The position numbers and the translations under genes were made by a program. Shown here piece after piece: positions 24,078 through 36,616 of a DNA stretch of 64,000 nucleotides (the stretch's first letter is position 1; each line of letters starts with the position of its first letter). The notes beneath the pieces were generated by a model, which saw only the letters and a program-made list of their open reading frames with translations, ran no database searches and had not been told where the DNA came from. This DNA comes from Fonticula alba ATCC 38817. Taxonomy: Eukaryota > Protista > Nucleariida. The stretch lies in assembly GCA_000388065.2 (NCBI GenBank), contig KB932201.1. One strand, given 5' to 3'.

Positions 24078-25490
24078 CCGAGGGTCGGCAGGCACAACAC
24101 TCCCTTGAGCTTTGGACCGGCCAGTGCTGGGCCTCTCGCCGTCACGGTCTTTGAGCTCTCCCGCCCCGAGGAGACACGGTGGCCCGACGAGGGGCCCACG
24201 GACACACCTTCTCCGCGCCCCCCTGCCCAGAGCACCAGCGCCTTTCGCACTCCATCCTCCTTCCCCCCCCCGGACCAAAAACCGGCCCCAAAGACCGTTC
24301 CTCCTCCCGCCCTGGCACGGACGGCCCGCGGGGAACTTACTCCAGGATCCACTCCTCTCTGTCGAGCGAGCGAGCGAGCGAGCGATGGTAACCTCGCCCC
24401 CCCCTCCTGCGACCAATAACCTGACCCGCCCGCTGCTGACCGGGCGCGCCATCTTCTCCCCCACGAGCCTGGCCTGACCCTTGCCCTGGGGGAGCGAAAG
24501 GGGCGCCGCTCTGTCAAGTCGCCCCATGTGCGGAGGGGGGGAGCAGCAAGGAACGAGTCCCGGTCAGTGTACCCGCTCACACACATGCGTCGCACCGGAG
24601 CGAGCCCTCACCAGGGCAGGCAGCCTCAACAAGGTCGCCGCCCCGTTACTGCCCCCTTCTCTGCGGCCGGGTGCAATTCGGGCGGCTCACTGCCGCGAGG
24701 TGCCTAGCGTTGTCACCTCGGCCTGAACACCGACAAGCCTCCCCGTCGGCGTCTCCAGAGACGCAGGGCCCGGTGCGAGGCCAACCCTACATTGAAAACC
24801 TGGGTCTGCCTCAGGAGGGTGCTCCGTCAGCATGCGAGCGCCAGGTACCTCGCTCCAACAGAACCGCCCCATCGGGCGGACGAGCGACACACCAGACGGC
24901 GAAGCGGACGAGACATCCCCACGCCCCCTGCAAGGAACAGCGTCCGGCTAGCCGGCAAGGCACACCGCACACGCGGGGCATTTTCCTTCGGGACACTCTT
25001 CAGAATGGCCACAGAAAAACAGCCCCGTCTCCTGATTGCGGATTGATAAAACGGTCGAATATTTTTTCGGCCATTTACACTCCCGGGTGCTGTTGCGGAG
25101 GGGGATTTCCCTGCAATTGATCCAAGATGTTTCTTGATTTTTGCCACCCACCTCGCAATTCAGCCCAGTCCTGCTGCCCCTATTGTGATAAACATTTTAC
25201 ACGCATAAATATATTCCAAGGGAGGTTCTGGGTGCTGGTCGACGGGTGAAGTACGTAGCATGCAGTTGCCAACTGGGCGCCGGTAGTCGGGCCCCTCACG
25301 AGGCGGGACACCCCCCTGCTCCGCCCCCCCTGGGCGTCGCGCTGCACTCACAGGCGGGAGGGGACAACAGCGGGTGCACTTGCTGCGAGACATGGCGAGG
25401 GCCAGCGATCTTGATTGTGCACCACGCTGCCCCCATCAGCTCCCTGCAGCTGGCGGCGGCGGGGGGAGCGATCGCCCGGCAAGCGCCAAC

Positions 25491-27322
25491 CTAGCCGCGG
25501 CCCATATACCGTTCAAACTCGTCATCCATCTCGCGCGAGTCCGTATGCCGACGGGAGTCGCCGCTGCGGCGGCCACCACCAGTACCGCCGCCGCCGCCGC
25601 CGCCGCCGCGGCTTCCGAAGCCGCGCGACGAATGCGAGGAATCCCGGTGGTGCGGGCGCCGGCGGCCATACTCGCCACCGTCATCGTAGTCGTCATCGCG
25701 GTGCCGGCGCGGCGGCCGAGTCTCGGCCACCGTGGACAGACGGTGCGCCAGCCGGTGCCGACCGCCACCCTCCTCCCGGTGCCATGCGGCCCCTGCGTCG
25801 TCATCATCGTCGCGGTGGCGATCACGATCGCGCTCACGCTCGCGATCGCGCCCGCGACCCTCCGGCCGCAGGCGCGCACTCGACTCGAAGGGATCGGCGC
25901 CGGCACGAGGGTGGCCACCGGTGGCGCCCCAGCGCCCACCGCGGCGAGACGCGCCGCTTCCCCAGCGGTCCGCGGCCCGGGGCTCATTGTCCTCCTCCTC
26001 ATCGTCATCCTCGCCGACGCGCGAGAAACCCCGATCACGGAAGGAAGACAGCCGGCCAGCCGCCTGGTCAAAGACATCGCCATTGTCCAACCCGGCCCCA
26101 GCTGGCCCGGTGGCCTCGACCACCATGCCAAGGCGCTGGCGCAGGGCCGGACTCAAGGACGCCGTGTCGGCATGCTCCAGCGTCCCGAGGGGGACCGTGC
26201 GCAGGGTCGGCACATTTAGGCGCGCGCCCAGGGGATTGTTCGAGTCCTGCACGAAGTCGGAGAAGCCACGGTCGCGGAAGATCTTGGGCTCCTGCTCGCC
26301 GCTGGCCAGGGGAACCGGGGCACCGGCAGCCGGGCGGCGCTTCGGCAGCAGCCGCGACCGGTCCTCCCCGCCATGGAGCTGGTGGATGCCGGAGCCGATC
26401 AGACGCTCGGCCGGCAGGATGGATGTCCCTCCCAGGCCAACCTGTCGCAGCAGAGTGCGGCACATCTCCTGGTGCTCGGGCTGCACCAGATCCACGGTCA
26501 GCCCCTCCACCGAGTAGACTCCCTGCTCGGCATCCAGGCAGGTGTCCACCAGGTCCCGGATCAGGCGCAGGTAGCGGAACTGGTGGTCCAGGTGCAAATT
26601 GTTCGACGCCCCAATCTCCGACACCAGCGGGTGGAGCTCCTTCCCGGGGGCCAGGGCGGCCGGCAGGGCCAGCAGCTCCGGCGACACCAGATCCACGATT
26701 TGATCGAAGAGCACCGGGTCGGTGATGGGGTTCTCCGGGCGCTCGGCGAGGCCAAGGTTGTGGACTTTCCACCCCCGTCGGCAGCAGAGCCAAGGACACG
26801 CCCGAGTGGGCAGGGGGGAGCGGGCGTGGCGGAGGAGACAAAGTCAATCCCATGGTCTGGGGCGAGGGGGGGGGGGGGGGGGGGGGGCAGGGCTGGGCAC
26901 CGGCCAACGGGACAGCCAGAGCATCCGACATGCCACGTACTCCGGAGTTTGCTCAGCTCTTCGCTGATCGTGAAAAGCTTGTCCAGGACCGAGGACAGGA
27001 CTCCGGCGCGCTGGTCGTCAGTTTCCAGAGCCACCAGTTCCTCGCTCTGGAGGAACCCCCGGCAGACCAGGTACCGCTCAGAGCCAGCCGGCCGCGAGCA
27101 GGACGGCTTGACCAAATGGACGGAATTGAAGAGACGCGTCAGGATGTAGATCATCCCCACACTAAAGGGGGTGACGGTGTCGAAAACCTTGAGAGCCATG
27201 CTACCGCCTGGGCCCCGGGAGACGCGAGCGCGCCGGGGGGCGGGGTGATTGGGAGAGGGGCCGGCCAGTGTACGAAGCATCATGGGCACAGGAGTATGGT
27301 AATGGGTGTGAATGTGTGTGTC

Positions 27323-27385
<63 letters not shown>

Positions 27386-28786
27386 ACACGGCCCGAAGGG
27401 ATGGCGCACCTTTCCGCAGAATGCTGAGGCCGGTGAGCATCTCGCAGAAGACCAGATGGCGCACAAGTTGCTCCTGCTGATTGGGTGCCTGATTGGTATT
27501 CACGGTCTACATGGGGAGGATGGAGCATCGTGCGTCAGCAACCGGCATAATCGGAAGGCGGGGGGGGGGGGGGACACAAAAAGAAAGAGATAGAGACAGG
27601 GGAAGAAGGACATACACCATCGGCGATGACGAAATGGCAGAGTTCCCCATCGAAGGAGCGTTTGGTGAAGTTCACAAAGTCACGGATGACCTCGGTGCTC
27701 ATGAGACTGGCTGTGCACATGGGCCGGAGGCGAGAGGGGGGAGATATGTTAGCCGAGGTTGCCACTACCATGGCAGGCAGGGCCGGGGGCGATAGGGCGA
27801 CAGAGACGCACCGGATGCAATCTTGTTGGTGAAGGTGTGCAGGTTTTCGCGCAACTCGGGACTGAGCCTCGGGGGCAGGCGACCGGCGCGTTGCTGCAAA
27901 GGACGGACCACACAGCAGATGAGGGGCACACACAGACGCACATGCGGGGGCGGGAAAATCAGTGGGTGCGTCGTTCAACGGAGTGACAGACTGAGGCCGG
28001 GAAAGGAGAGGGGCCCGTGCAGCACGTACCGCAGACAGATTCATGCAAACGCCCTGAGCGGAAATGTTGTGCTTGGAAAAAATGTACTCCGCGAAAAGAC
28101 CAGCCACCGGGGCAATCTCCGCGAAGTAGAAGGTGTCATGCACGCTCGGCAGCAGGGGAGCCAGATCGAATTCGGCGTCCATCAGCAGGAGCTTGATCGG
28201 CGTCCGGGTCCGGTACGGGCCGCTACCGAGGGACTCGAAGGGATTGGTCACCGCACGAGCGGTCGTAAAAACCGCGTCAGGGACCGTATCGAAGGAGGAC
28301 TGGGCAGGGGGGGGGGGGGGTGGGTCATCATATCCGTCAGAGCGGCGAGGCGAAATGCGGCACGGCAGGGTGGAGAGAGGAGGATTGAGAGGGGGAGAGA
28401 AAGAGAGAGGGCGGATGCACACCTTAAGCTCGTTGATGGCGTCGTAGGCATGGTCCACGCAGTAGACTCGGTTGTTGTCCTTCACCTGCTGGTGCTGAAA
28501 GGCCGCAACACCAAGAGGGGAGGGAAAGGCAGCAGGTCAGGTGAATGCATGAAAGGGGAGAAGAAGCCTGGCCGCACAGGAGACGGCGTACAGTTTGGTA
28601 GGAGGTGCCAGTGCAAATGAGCGACTCCAGCGGACCGTCGGCCAGGGCCTGGGCCAACGGCATGGTAAAGGTGGAGCTGAGGCTCAGAGGCACAGGCTCA
28701 GGGGCAATGGCCTGCTGGCCGAGCGCACTGACCTGGTCAGCCGCCATCAGGGGGGCGCTATCCGCCAGAGGGATGTCCAGCTCCAT
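25491..28786 (-). CDS. CMTR1: Cap1 2'-O-ribose methyltransferase-like (CMTR1/RrmJ-FtsJ family), multi-exon, with an RD/RE-rich tail
   Basis: Motifs: ARAVTNPFESL, IKLLLMD (K), YFAE...FAEY, HFVIADG (D), QEQLVRHLVFCEMLTGLSILRKGG, LKVFDTVTPFSVG (K), KPSCSRPAGSERYLVCRGF (E), SNNLHLDHQ. The first exon (MELDIP..., 28786) and the 26940 to ~26768 junction are less certain. Confidence 0.85.
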
Positions 28787-30693
28787 CTGTCTCTCACCTG
28801 GCTGGGGAGTGCGCGCGTGGATATAGAAGGGGGGGGGGGGGGAAAGGACGGGGAGATGTGTGGAAAGAGGTGGAAAGGGAGGCGGGGGAGGGCAGGCGGG
28901 GGGAGGAGAGGCGGCACTTTGTGGCGGCACCATGGGCCGCCTCGGACTTCGGCACGCCAGCAAATCAGAGGTGGCCGGAAAGCCGGCCCGCCAAAGAGGC
29001 ATACCTCGCGCCAGCGCTGCCCATCTCCCACCCTCCACCCCCCGTTCGGCATGCGCCACCGGCCTCCAGGTCGAGGCGGGGATGGGGCATGTAATAGGGG
29101 AGGAACATGAGAAAAGACCGAAACAAATGCCTAGACAAGCGGTTCACGGATCGGTGACGGTGTGCCAGGTCATGTGCGTTGATCATGTGCCAGAGTCCCG
29201 AGGCGACCACTCCGCGCGGGACTTCGGACCGCGGGTGGCCTGGCGACCGGCGGGGAGAGGCCCCCGCACCAGGAGTGACTGACGCGGCCTTTCCCTGGCC
29301 GATGGGCCCCAAAAGGCGCGAGGCCTTGCTGTGTCTATCCCCAGCATGGGCGGGCGAGATAGGGCAGGGAGGAGCACTCATTCCCCGCATCTGTTCTTCA
29401 AGCCGAAGGGGCCCGCACCGGCGTCCGAAGCGGGGGGCGAGGGCATCATTCCCCGGACGACCTCCAGCAATGGAGGAGGAGGGACCTTGAGCACCGCGAC
29501 TCCGTGCCTCCCCTGCGCCCCTTTCGCTGTGTCGTGTCAGCGCCCGGATCCCACGCCTCCTGGAGGAGGATTGTAGCGGATCAGGCCCAGCTGGACAGGG
29601 GGGCCCCTGCAGCGGCGTTCGGCTGGTTGTCCACTCATTTCTCCAGAAAGTGAGCCTTGCGGCTGGACTCGGGTGCGAGGGCGGAGGGACGTGGGCCGGG
29701 GCACTGGCGCTGATAGGCCCAAAGGTGGTCATGATGGCGAGAGGCAGGGGAGGGGGGGGAGGGAGAGAGAGGGGATGTAACAGAGGCATAGAGGCGGCGC
29801 ATCGCTCTGCATAGGGGGGGGGAGAGAGAGAGAGAGAGGAGAGAGGGAGACGCTGCCCGAAAGGGATGAGTAGAACGGAGGTGCACCAATGTGTGCGTGT
29901 GTGTGTGTGTGTGTGTGTATGTGTGATAACCTATGCCGTCATATGTCGCTTTTATTGGGAGGTATGTGTGTAGGGAAGCGCCTGTTCCCTGGTATGCCAG
30001 TCTTGAGACTCACCCGGCCACGCGCTGCCACCCTTGTCCCACGTCTCCCCCCCGCCAGGGGGGGAGAGGAGGAGACAGGGGACAGGAGAGACGCGGGGGA
30101 GACAGGGACCGAACACACAGGGCAATAAGCGAAGGGATGTGACACAGAGGGAACGCCGGGATGAGCCGCGGACGGGCGCGCATATGTGTGCAGCCCACGC
30201 CTCATGGTTGCACAACAAAGGAGGCGCACACATGCGCGCACTCGATCCATGCGCAACCCCATGGCCCCTCTCCTCCCTCACACAACCCCGGCCGCCGCCC
30301 CACCCCCCTGTCGGACACACACACACATGGAAACGCGCGTGCGCCGACCGGCCTTCCCCTTCGATATAACACAAGGAGAGGGAAGAAGGGGAGACGCAGA
30401 GGAGAGAGATGGCAAGGAGGCTGAGTGTAGATGGAGAGGAGACATGATCGCGACCGAGGGGAGAGGGGGGACGCGTGGCCGAGAGGAGGGGGGAGGCCCT
30501 TTCTCCGCGCGTTGGCCCCGCCCCCGGACGCGGGAGGGCCGATGGCTCCAGCACACGTCATGGCGCAGAAGGATGGAGCATACAAGGAAGGAGGCGATGT
30601 GTATACCCACACCGGGCTCGCGTGCGCCGTGGGTGGACTGGTCGGCCCTCGCGGTCACGCAAGGGCCCGGCAAGAGCACATGGAAATGTGCAC

Positions 30694-31798
30694 TTAGGCG
30701 GTGAAGGACCTGCGGGGGGAAAAGGCCCAAGGGAGTGAGGGGAGTGAGGGGGGGAGAGAGAGAGAAAGAGAAGGAGGGGCGAGGGCAAGTGTGGTTAGCG
30801 CGAAGAAAGGAGAGACCCATGCCAAGAGGGCGGAACGCGGGGGAACGGCGGCGAGGTGCACGATGCAAGGAACAGCGGTAGGAGGAAGAAGAAGGAAGGC
30901 CAGCGGCGAAAAAAAAGGGAAGAGGAGAGACACGCACTCCTGGAGCAGGCCGTCCTCCTTGGCGAGGCGGGTGATGGAGTCGTCGGACTCGGCGTTGGCG
31001 CGGACGTAGCCGGAGACGGCGTAGGTCTTGAAGTCGCCAGTCAGGCGGCCGTTCTCATCGACCTCACCAACGTTGATCTGGACGGAAGCGTGGTCCTTGA
31101 TGGTGAGGAGGCGACCGGTGACGGAGCTGATGACGACGAAGGCGAGAGAGAGAGAGAGAGAGAGAGAGACAGGTCAGGGCGGTGTGGCAGGAGAGAATAG
31201 TGACATGCAGGCGCAGAGGAAGGAGGGAGGAGGAGAGAGGGAAGGGGGAGAGGAGGAGCGTGAGACTCGCAGGACAGATCCAAGGGGGATGCGAGCACTG
31301 GTGCATCACCATGCACGAGCTTCTCTCTCCCTCCTGCGCCTGTCAGCGGTCCGGGTGGTGCCCTCGCTGCCGCCGGATTCTGCGGTGACACGGGTTCCCT
31401 GTCCCGCCTCGCAGTGCGCTCCGGCGCAAAGAGAGGGAGAGGAGGAGGCCGAACATGGAGAATGGAGGCAGGAAGGCAGCGTGGGAGAGGAGGGAGGGAG
31501 AAAGCCGAGGATCAAGTGTTGCAATGGCGGCACACAGGTAGGGTGGGATGCATGGGAGCAGTCGGACGGATGGACGGGAAACCATCTGCCGATCGGGCAA
31601 AGGAAGGGGAGAAAGAGCTGCCGAGAAGACGACCGCGGTGGAGGAGCGCAGGCGGGGAGGGGAGAGGGGAAGATGGGGGCCATGTGCATTTGCAAGCACG
31701 ACGAGAGCAAACGCAGGAGAAGGGCGGAGAAGGGGGGGGGGAGGAGGAGAGGAAGGAAAGGGAAAGAGTGCGCACCACTTGCGGGGGATGAAGTCCAT
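30694..31798 (-). CDS. RPS21: 40S ribosomal protein S21 (eS21); exons 31776-31798, 30938-31126, 30694-30709 (75 aa as modelled)
   Basis: Spliced translation [75 protein letters not shown]. Confidence 0.95.
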
Positions 31799-31964
31799 GT
31801 TGATGATGTTAGGCGACTAGGGAAAAGGCAAAAAACTGCAAATTTCTTTTCCTCGGGGCCCTTCCAGTCCGGACATGGGCGTTCGGGCGCCGGCTCAAAA
31901 AACGAGAGCCCCACATCCGGACACTCTCCCCAGGCCCCGGAGGGAGGGGGGCGGGCGGGGGGGG

Positions 31965-31983
31965 NNNNNNNNNNNNNNNNNNN
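31965..31983. other. Assembly gap upstream of RPS21
   Basis: N characters. Confidence 0.99.
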
Positions 31984-33177
31984 NGAGAACGAAAGCAGAG
32001 GGGGCCGCCTGAGTCGGCTCGTGCGCGCGCACTACCGGAACACACGCGCATCGGCGCCGGGAGCACGACCTCCGCCCCAGGACGGCCCCGTGCGGTCCTC
32101 CCCCCCAGAGAACCGCAGCCGGGGGACGGGTGTGGTCTTGTGCCACAGGACCGACAGGGCACGGAGACTGGTCCCCTCGCGTGCGGCCCCACCACCCTCT
32201 CGTCCTGGGTGGGGGGCAGCAGCGCGCGCCAGCCTCACATGGCCGCTCCCCCCCCCCCCGCCTCCAGGTTCGGGCCAGGGGACCGAGGCAGAGGCGCGCC
32301 CACTCCGGCAGCATGGGCACCCGGATGCGGGGCGAAGACCTGGGAAAAGGTGGCAGGGCGTCGCCGGGCACCTGCACCCCTCACACGCCACGGGGATTGG
32401 CGCAGCCGGGCTGCGCACTGCTTGCCATGCAGGCTTCGGGAAAACATACGCCCCCCAGGCCCGCGAGGACAACAGAGACGCCAGCAATCGCTCCCCCCCT
32501 CCCCCTCGCCCGCCGGCATCCGCTGCCCCGGCCCAGGGTAGACTTGCCCCGAACACGGGCCAGCCCCCCCGCGGCCGCCTGCATTCGCGCACCGACCGCC
32601 TTACAACACCGGCACACATATAGCCACGCGCAGCCCCTGCCCCCCCCCCCCCCTTCCTGAACCCTAGCCCAGAGCTCCGCCGTGGGCCACGCTCGCTCTT
32701 GGCTCTGGGAGAGGCGCCGAGGCGGGGCTGCGGAGAAACGGCCAAGTCCGGTTATTCTGCCCCCCCCCCTGCCGAGGGCGCGCGAGAACGCCGCGCTCCC
32801 TCCCCAGCCGGAAACTGGGAGAGGGGGGGAATGCCTCAGGTGGCTCTGTACCTCGAGCCTTAATGATCGATCTCTCTCCCGAAACCCAGCCCGGGTTTAG
32901 GTGCCCCGCGGGGCTGTGTCCTGGGACCTCGGCCTGTGCTCGGGAGTTGCTGTTTGCTGTCCCCACTGCTCGACTCCCTTGCGGGGACAAGCTTGTGCTC
33001 TCTTGCACACGCGCACATACGCACAGATACATGTATATGCCCAGACATTCTTTATCCGGCTTAAGCTCGACAAAGGCCCCCCGCCCCCCCTCCGCCATCC
33101 AGACAACCCAAGCCCAGGGTCTCCGAACCCCCGCCGAGGTGGAAGGGTCGCATGCCCAAAGCAACAGCATTCTCACT

Positions 33178-36100
33178 CTATTCAAGAACAATATTCCGAA
33201 TGGTTGTGACCATATCACCCGGGAGGCTGGGGGCCGGCGGGATCGGCTGACCTGGGAAAAGCAGGCGGTAGCGTGTTTGTGCGGCCTGGTTTGGAATCCA
33301 CCGCCCGGGCGCCACAGGCGGCTGCTGGGAGCCCTGCCGATCTGCGGCACCCGCCCCGGGGACACCCGGCGGCCGTTGGGCATTTCCTGTCGCCTGTTGC
33401 TCCTCCGCCTCCTCCTGTTGCTGGCGCTGCTGCAGCCCCTCCCGGTCCAGCTCCTCCTCTTCTCCTGTCTGATCGGCGGCCCGAGATACCTGCCCATCCA
33501 GGCGTTCGAGATCCGGGACATCCCGATTGGGATCCGGCTCTCGGACGCGGCTCTTCAAGTAGGCAAAAAGCTCCGCCGCATGGCGATCCGACCGCGACCA
33601 CACCAGCCGCACGGGGTGCGTCCGACGACCGGAGGCCAGCACCAAGGGCCGCGACAGGTGCACCAGGATCTCCACCAGCCGATCCAGCACCCATGTTGTG
33701 ACCCGGCCAGCGCCGCCTCGCGGGCCGACCTCCAACAAAAGGAAGGTTCCCTCGGGAAAGGCGCGCACCATGCGTGTCAGCTGGGCCGCCAGCCGGCCTC
33801 CCTGGATGGACTGCCGCAGATCCGCCGGCGCCTTGCGCTCGATTCCAAACCCCGGGCCGAGAATGTAATCGGCCTCACGGAGCTGCATCGGCCGCAGGGC
33901 CATGCCGGCCTCGAGCAGGGCTCGTGGCAGGGTGGCCCGAAGCTCGCGCACATCGATGATGACCGTGCGCGGGCCTGGGCCCACTTCCCGAGAGCCACCA
34001 TGGCCACCAGCCGGCAGGCCGGTGTATCGGGAGGCCGGCATTTCACCGGCGAATGCCAGACGCTCCGGCTGCAGGAGGGCCACCGCCGGATCGATGGTCG
34101 GGCCGGATCGCAGGAGGCCCACCCTGGCGGCAGGTGCGCTCGAATCGCCGTACAATGGCAGCAGCGGCCGGGCAGCCGGGGACGGGGCCGTCGTCCGTCG
34201 GGCAATCAGCCGACTGAAGGCCGCATGTTCCACCTTGAGGGCGGAGAGGTACTGCTGTTCGAGGGCCGAGTTTTGGACATTGATCAAACTGACACCGGAA
34301 AGGGCGGCCGGCTGCTGCGGGCCCCGGGCCCCGGCGGCCACCAGCTCCACCACTCGCAGGAAGGCCAGCTCCACATCATACAGAATGACATGGGGCCCGC
34401 CGCCGGCCGTGGTCGACAGGAGGTACTCATAAAAGGCCTCCGGCGTGGTGTCCAGCATGGCCACAAAGCTGACCGTCGGCCGGCTGGCATCCACCAGGGC
34501 GAAGTACGTATAGTCGATGTGCAGGATGCCGCCATCATCCCCGCCGGTGCCAGGCGAATCTTCGTCATCCAGCCAGACAACCGGCCCGGAAGATGCATCA
34601 TCGCCCGGTGTCATCGGAGTGCCACCTCCCGAAGGCCCCGGCGTGGCTGGCGTCTCGACAGACGTGCTCGGGCCCGAGGCGGGGGACTCGGGCGACTTGC
34701 TGGCCGATGCCGCGGCAGCCCGGCTGCGAAAGCGCTGAGCCGGGGTCTCGAAGCGAGGGCGCTTTGTCGGGCCTGGTGAGGGCGTCGCCCCGGGACTCGA
34801 CGCCCGGGCCACGTCTGACACCACCGACTGCCCGTGGAGGCGCCGGCGCTGGCAATAGCGGAGCCAGGCTTGCTCGAGCTCCCGAAGGTCGGCCGGGTGC
34901 ACCGATCCCCGGGACGCATCGGCCATCCGGTCGCGCTGGAGCAGGCGATACAGCTGCATGGCCGTGCGTCGGCTCCGCACCAGCACCAGGCATGGCTGGG
35001 ATTGGGCGGCGGCAAGCAGCGCCCGGAGGGCCGCCCAGCGGGGATCCACCTCGAAGGCTGGGCGCAGCCCGGCCGCCAGCAGGGCGGCGACTTCGCTGTG
35101 CTCCGGCGTTCCGGCGGGCGAGGCGGGCTGGTAGGGGCCAGTTGCCTGGTCCGGAGTGTCCAGGGCGCCGGATGCCGGCAGGTACACCCGCGCCCGGAGG
35201 GCTTGGAAAAGGGGCTCAAAGGCAGGGGAAAGGGTCCATGAGGGGCCCGTCGCGATCATATCCTGCATGTGGCTGTACACGGTGACCGCATCCTCCGAGT
35301 GAAGTTGGCTGTGTCGAGGGGCTACATGGGTCAGGAGCGCATCGGGGGGAGGGCGAGAGGGCGGGGGGGGAGGGAATACTTTTGGGCTCTCCGCCCAACG
35401 CCGGGCGCCATGTGAGGACGCACAAGAGGAGACGTCGGAGCAGGCGCAAGCCGTCGATCAATTGCACGAGGCCATCCTTGCCGGTTTGATCCCGGGCGGC
35501 AAACTCACGCATGCGGCCCATCGGCAGGCCCATCTCGCGTTCAACTCGACGCAGGGTACGCTCGAAGGTCCGCTCGAAAACCGTGCCAATTGCAAGCTGG
35601 CTGGCGGACTTGTGGGTCGTGGCATGTCAGGCGGGCCATGCATCAGGGCCGTGGGGGAGCGAATGGACAGGAGCGGGAGTTGGAGGTCGGAGGGAGGGAC
35701 GGGGAGGGGCACGCACGAAGGAGCGCCCGGCGCGTGATTGAACTTCCCGGATCGAGGAGGCCAGGAGCTCCAGGAGGTGAGCCTGTGCGGTGGCCGCTCC
35801 GCGAAGGGGGCTCACTAGACATTCGGACACCGGTGCGGCCGGGGTCGAGCCGTCCGGGTGGTCCGACTCCCCGTCCAGAAGGTGCTGCACCTCCTGGCGA
35901 AATCGCGGCCAGAGGCTGATGTTCGGCCCGACCAGGGAGATGGCCAGGCGCGGTAAGGCCAGCGGGTGCGCTGCCAGGAAGAGCAGCGGCACGCGGCCCT
36001 TGAGCAGGGTCACCGCCAGGGCGTCGGTCGGGGCCAGGCCATCGGAGTCGCCGAAGCCTCGCGGCCCGGCGGGCCCGTCGTCAGGGCTGTTGGCACTCCC

Positions 36101-36616
36101 ACCGGCGCCGGGGTTTCCTCCGCGGTCGGTCAGGCGCGCTGGCAGGAGGATGAGGGCCCGGCGGACTCGGGAAAAGTCCACCCGGTTGGAAAGCATGTCG
36201 GAGATGAGAACGCGCGCGGTGGCCGCCACGGCCGGGACTCCATCCTCCGGGTGAGCCGCATACAAATCCTGCCGGGCAGAGGGCTTGACCGCCTCGGAGA
36301 CAATGCGCGGCGCCCCGGCCCCCAGAAGCGCCAGGCTAGCGGTGGCCGAGGACAGGGCGTCCCCGGCGTCGGGGGTGCCCCCGGCCCCGGATCCGGGCCC
36401 GGCCCCCGCACTGCATACCAGAATCAGATCCGGCCCATGGCGTCCGGCCTTGCTTGGGGGCGGGCTCAACAGCAGTCGACACAGGAGCGGCGCCACGGGG
36501 AAGCCCGAGGCCAGAGCCACGAGCCAGTCGTCGGACCCGACGTCAGGCTGCTCGGCTGTTTGGCCGATCTGCTCGCAGAGTGCGCCGTGGATGGCATCGT
36601 ACAAGGCCTCAGCCAT
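33178..36616 (-). CDS. XPF: XPF/Rad1/ERCC4 structure-specific endonuclease, multi-exon; 3' end uncertain
   Basis: The N-terminal helicase-like region has ARQDLY, TARVLISDML, LWPRFRQEV and LLELLASSIREV, followed by LRARVY and DPRWAAL. The ERCC4 domain reads VIIDVRELRA...ADYIL...IERKAPADLRQSIQGGRLAAQ...LVWSRS..AAELFAYLK. Confidence 0.9.

Noticed and set aside
25085-25145. Two small hairpins followed by an Sm-like ATTTTTG
   Set aside because: No U1/U2/U4/U5 signature sequence; it fits the AT-richer 3' region of the CMTR1-like gene.
6755-31798. Cluster of RNA-related genes (NOL7-like, ligase, RPS8, CMTR1-like, RPS21)
   Set aside because: These are housekeeping genes interleaved with unrelated ones, with no shared promoter motif or operon-like spacing.
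24783-32666. AACCCTA (telobox-like) upstream of both RPS8 (24783) and RPS21 (32660)
   Set aside because: A 7-mer expected a few times per window by chance; both copies are single and far from the starts.
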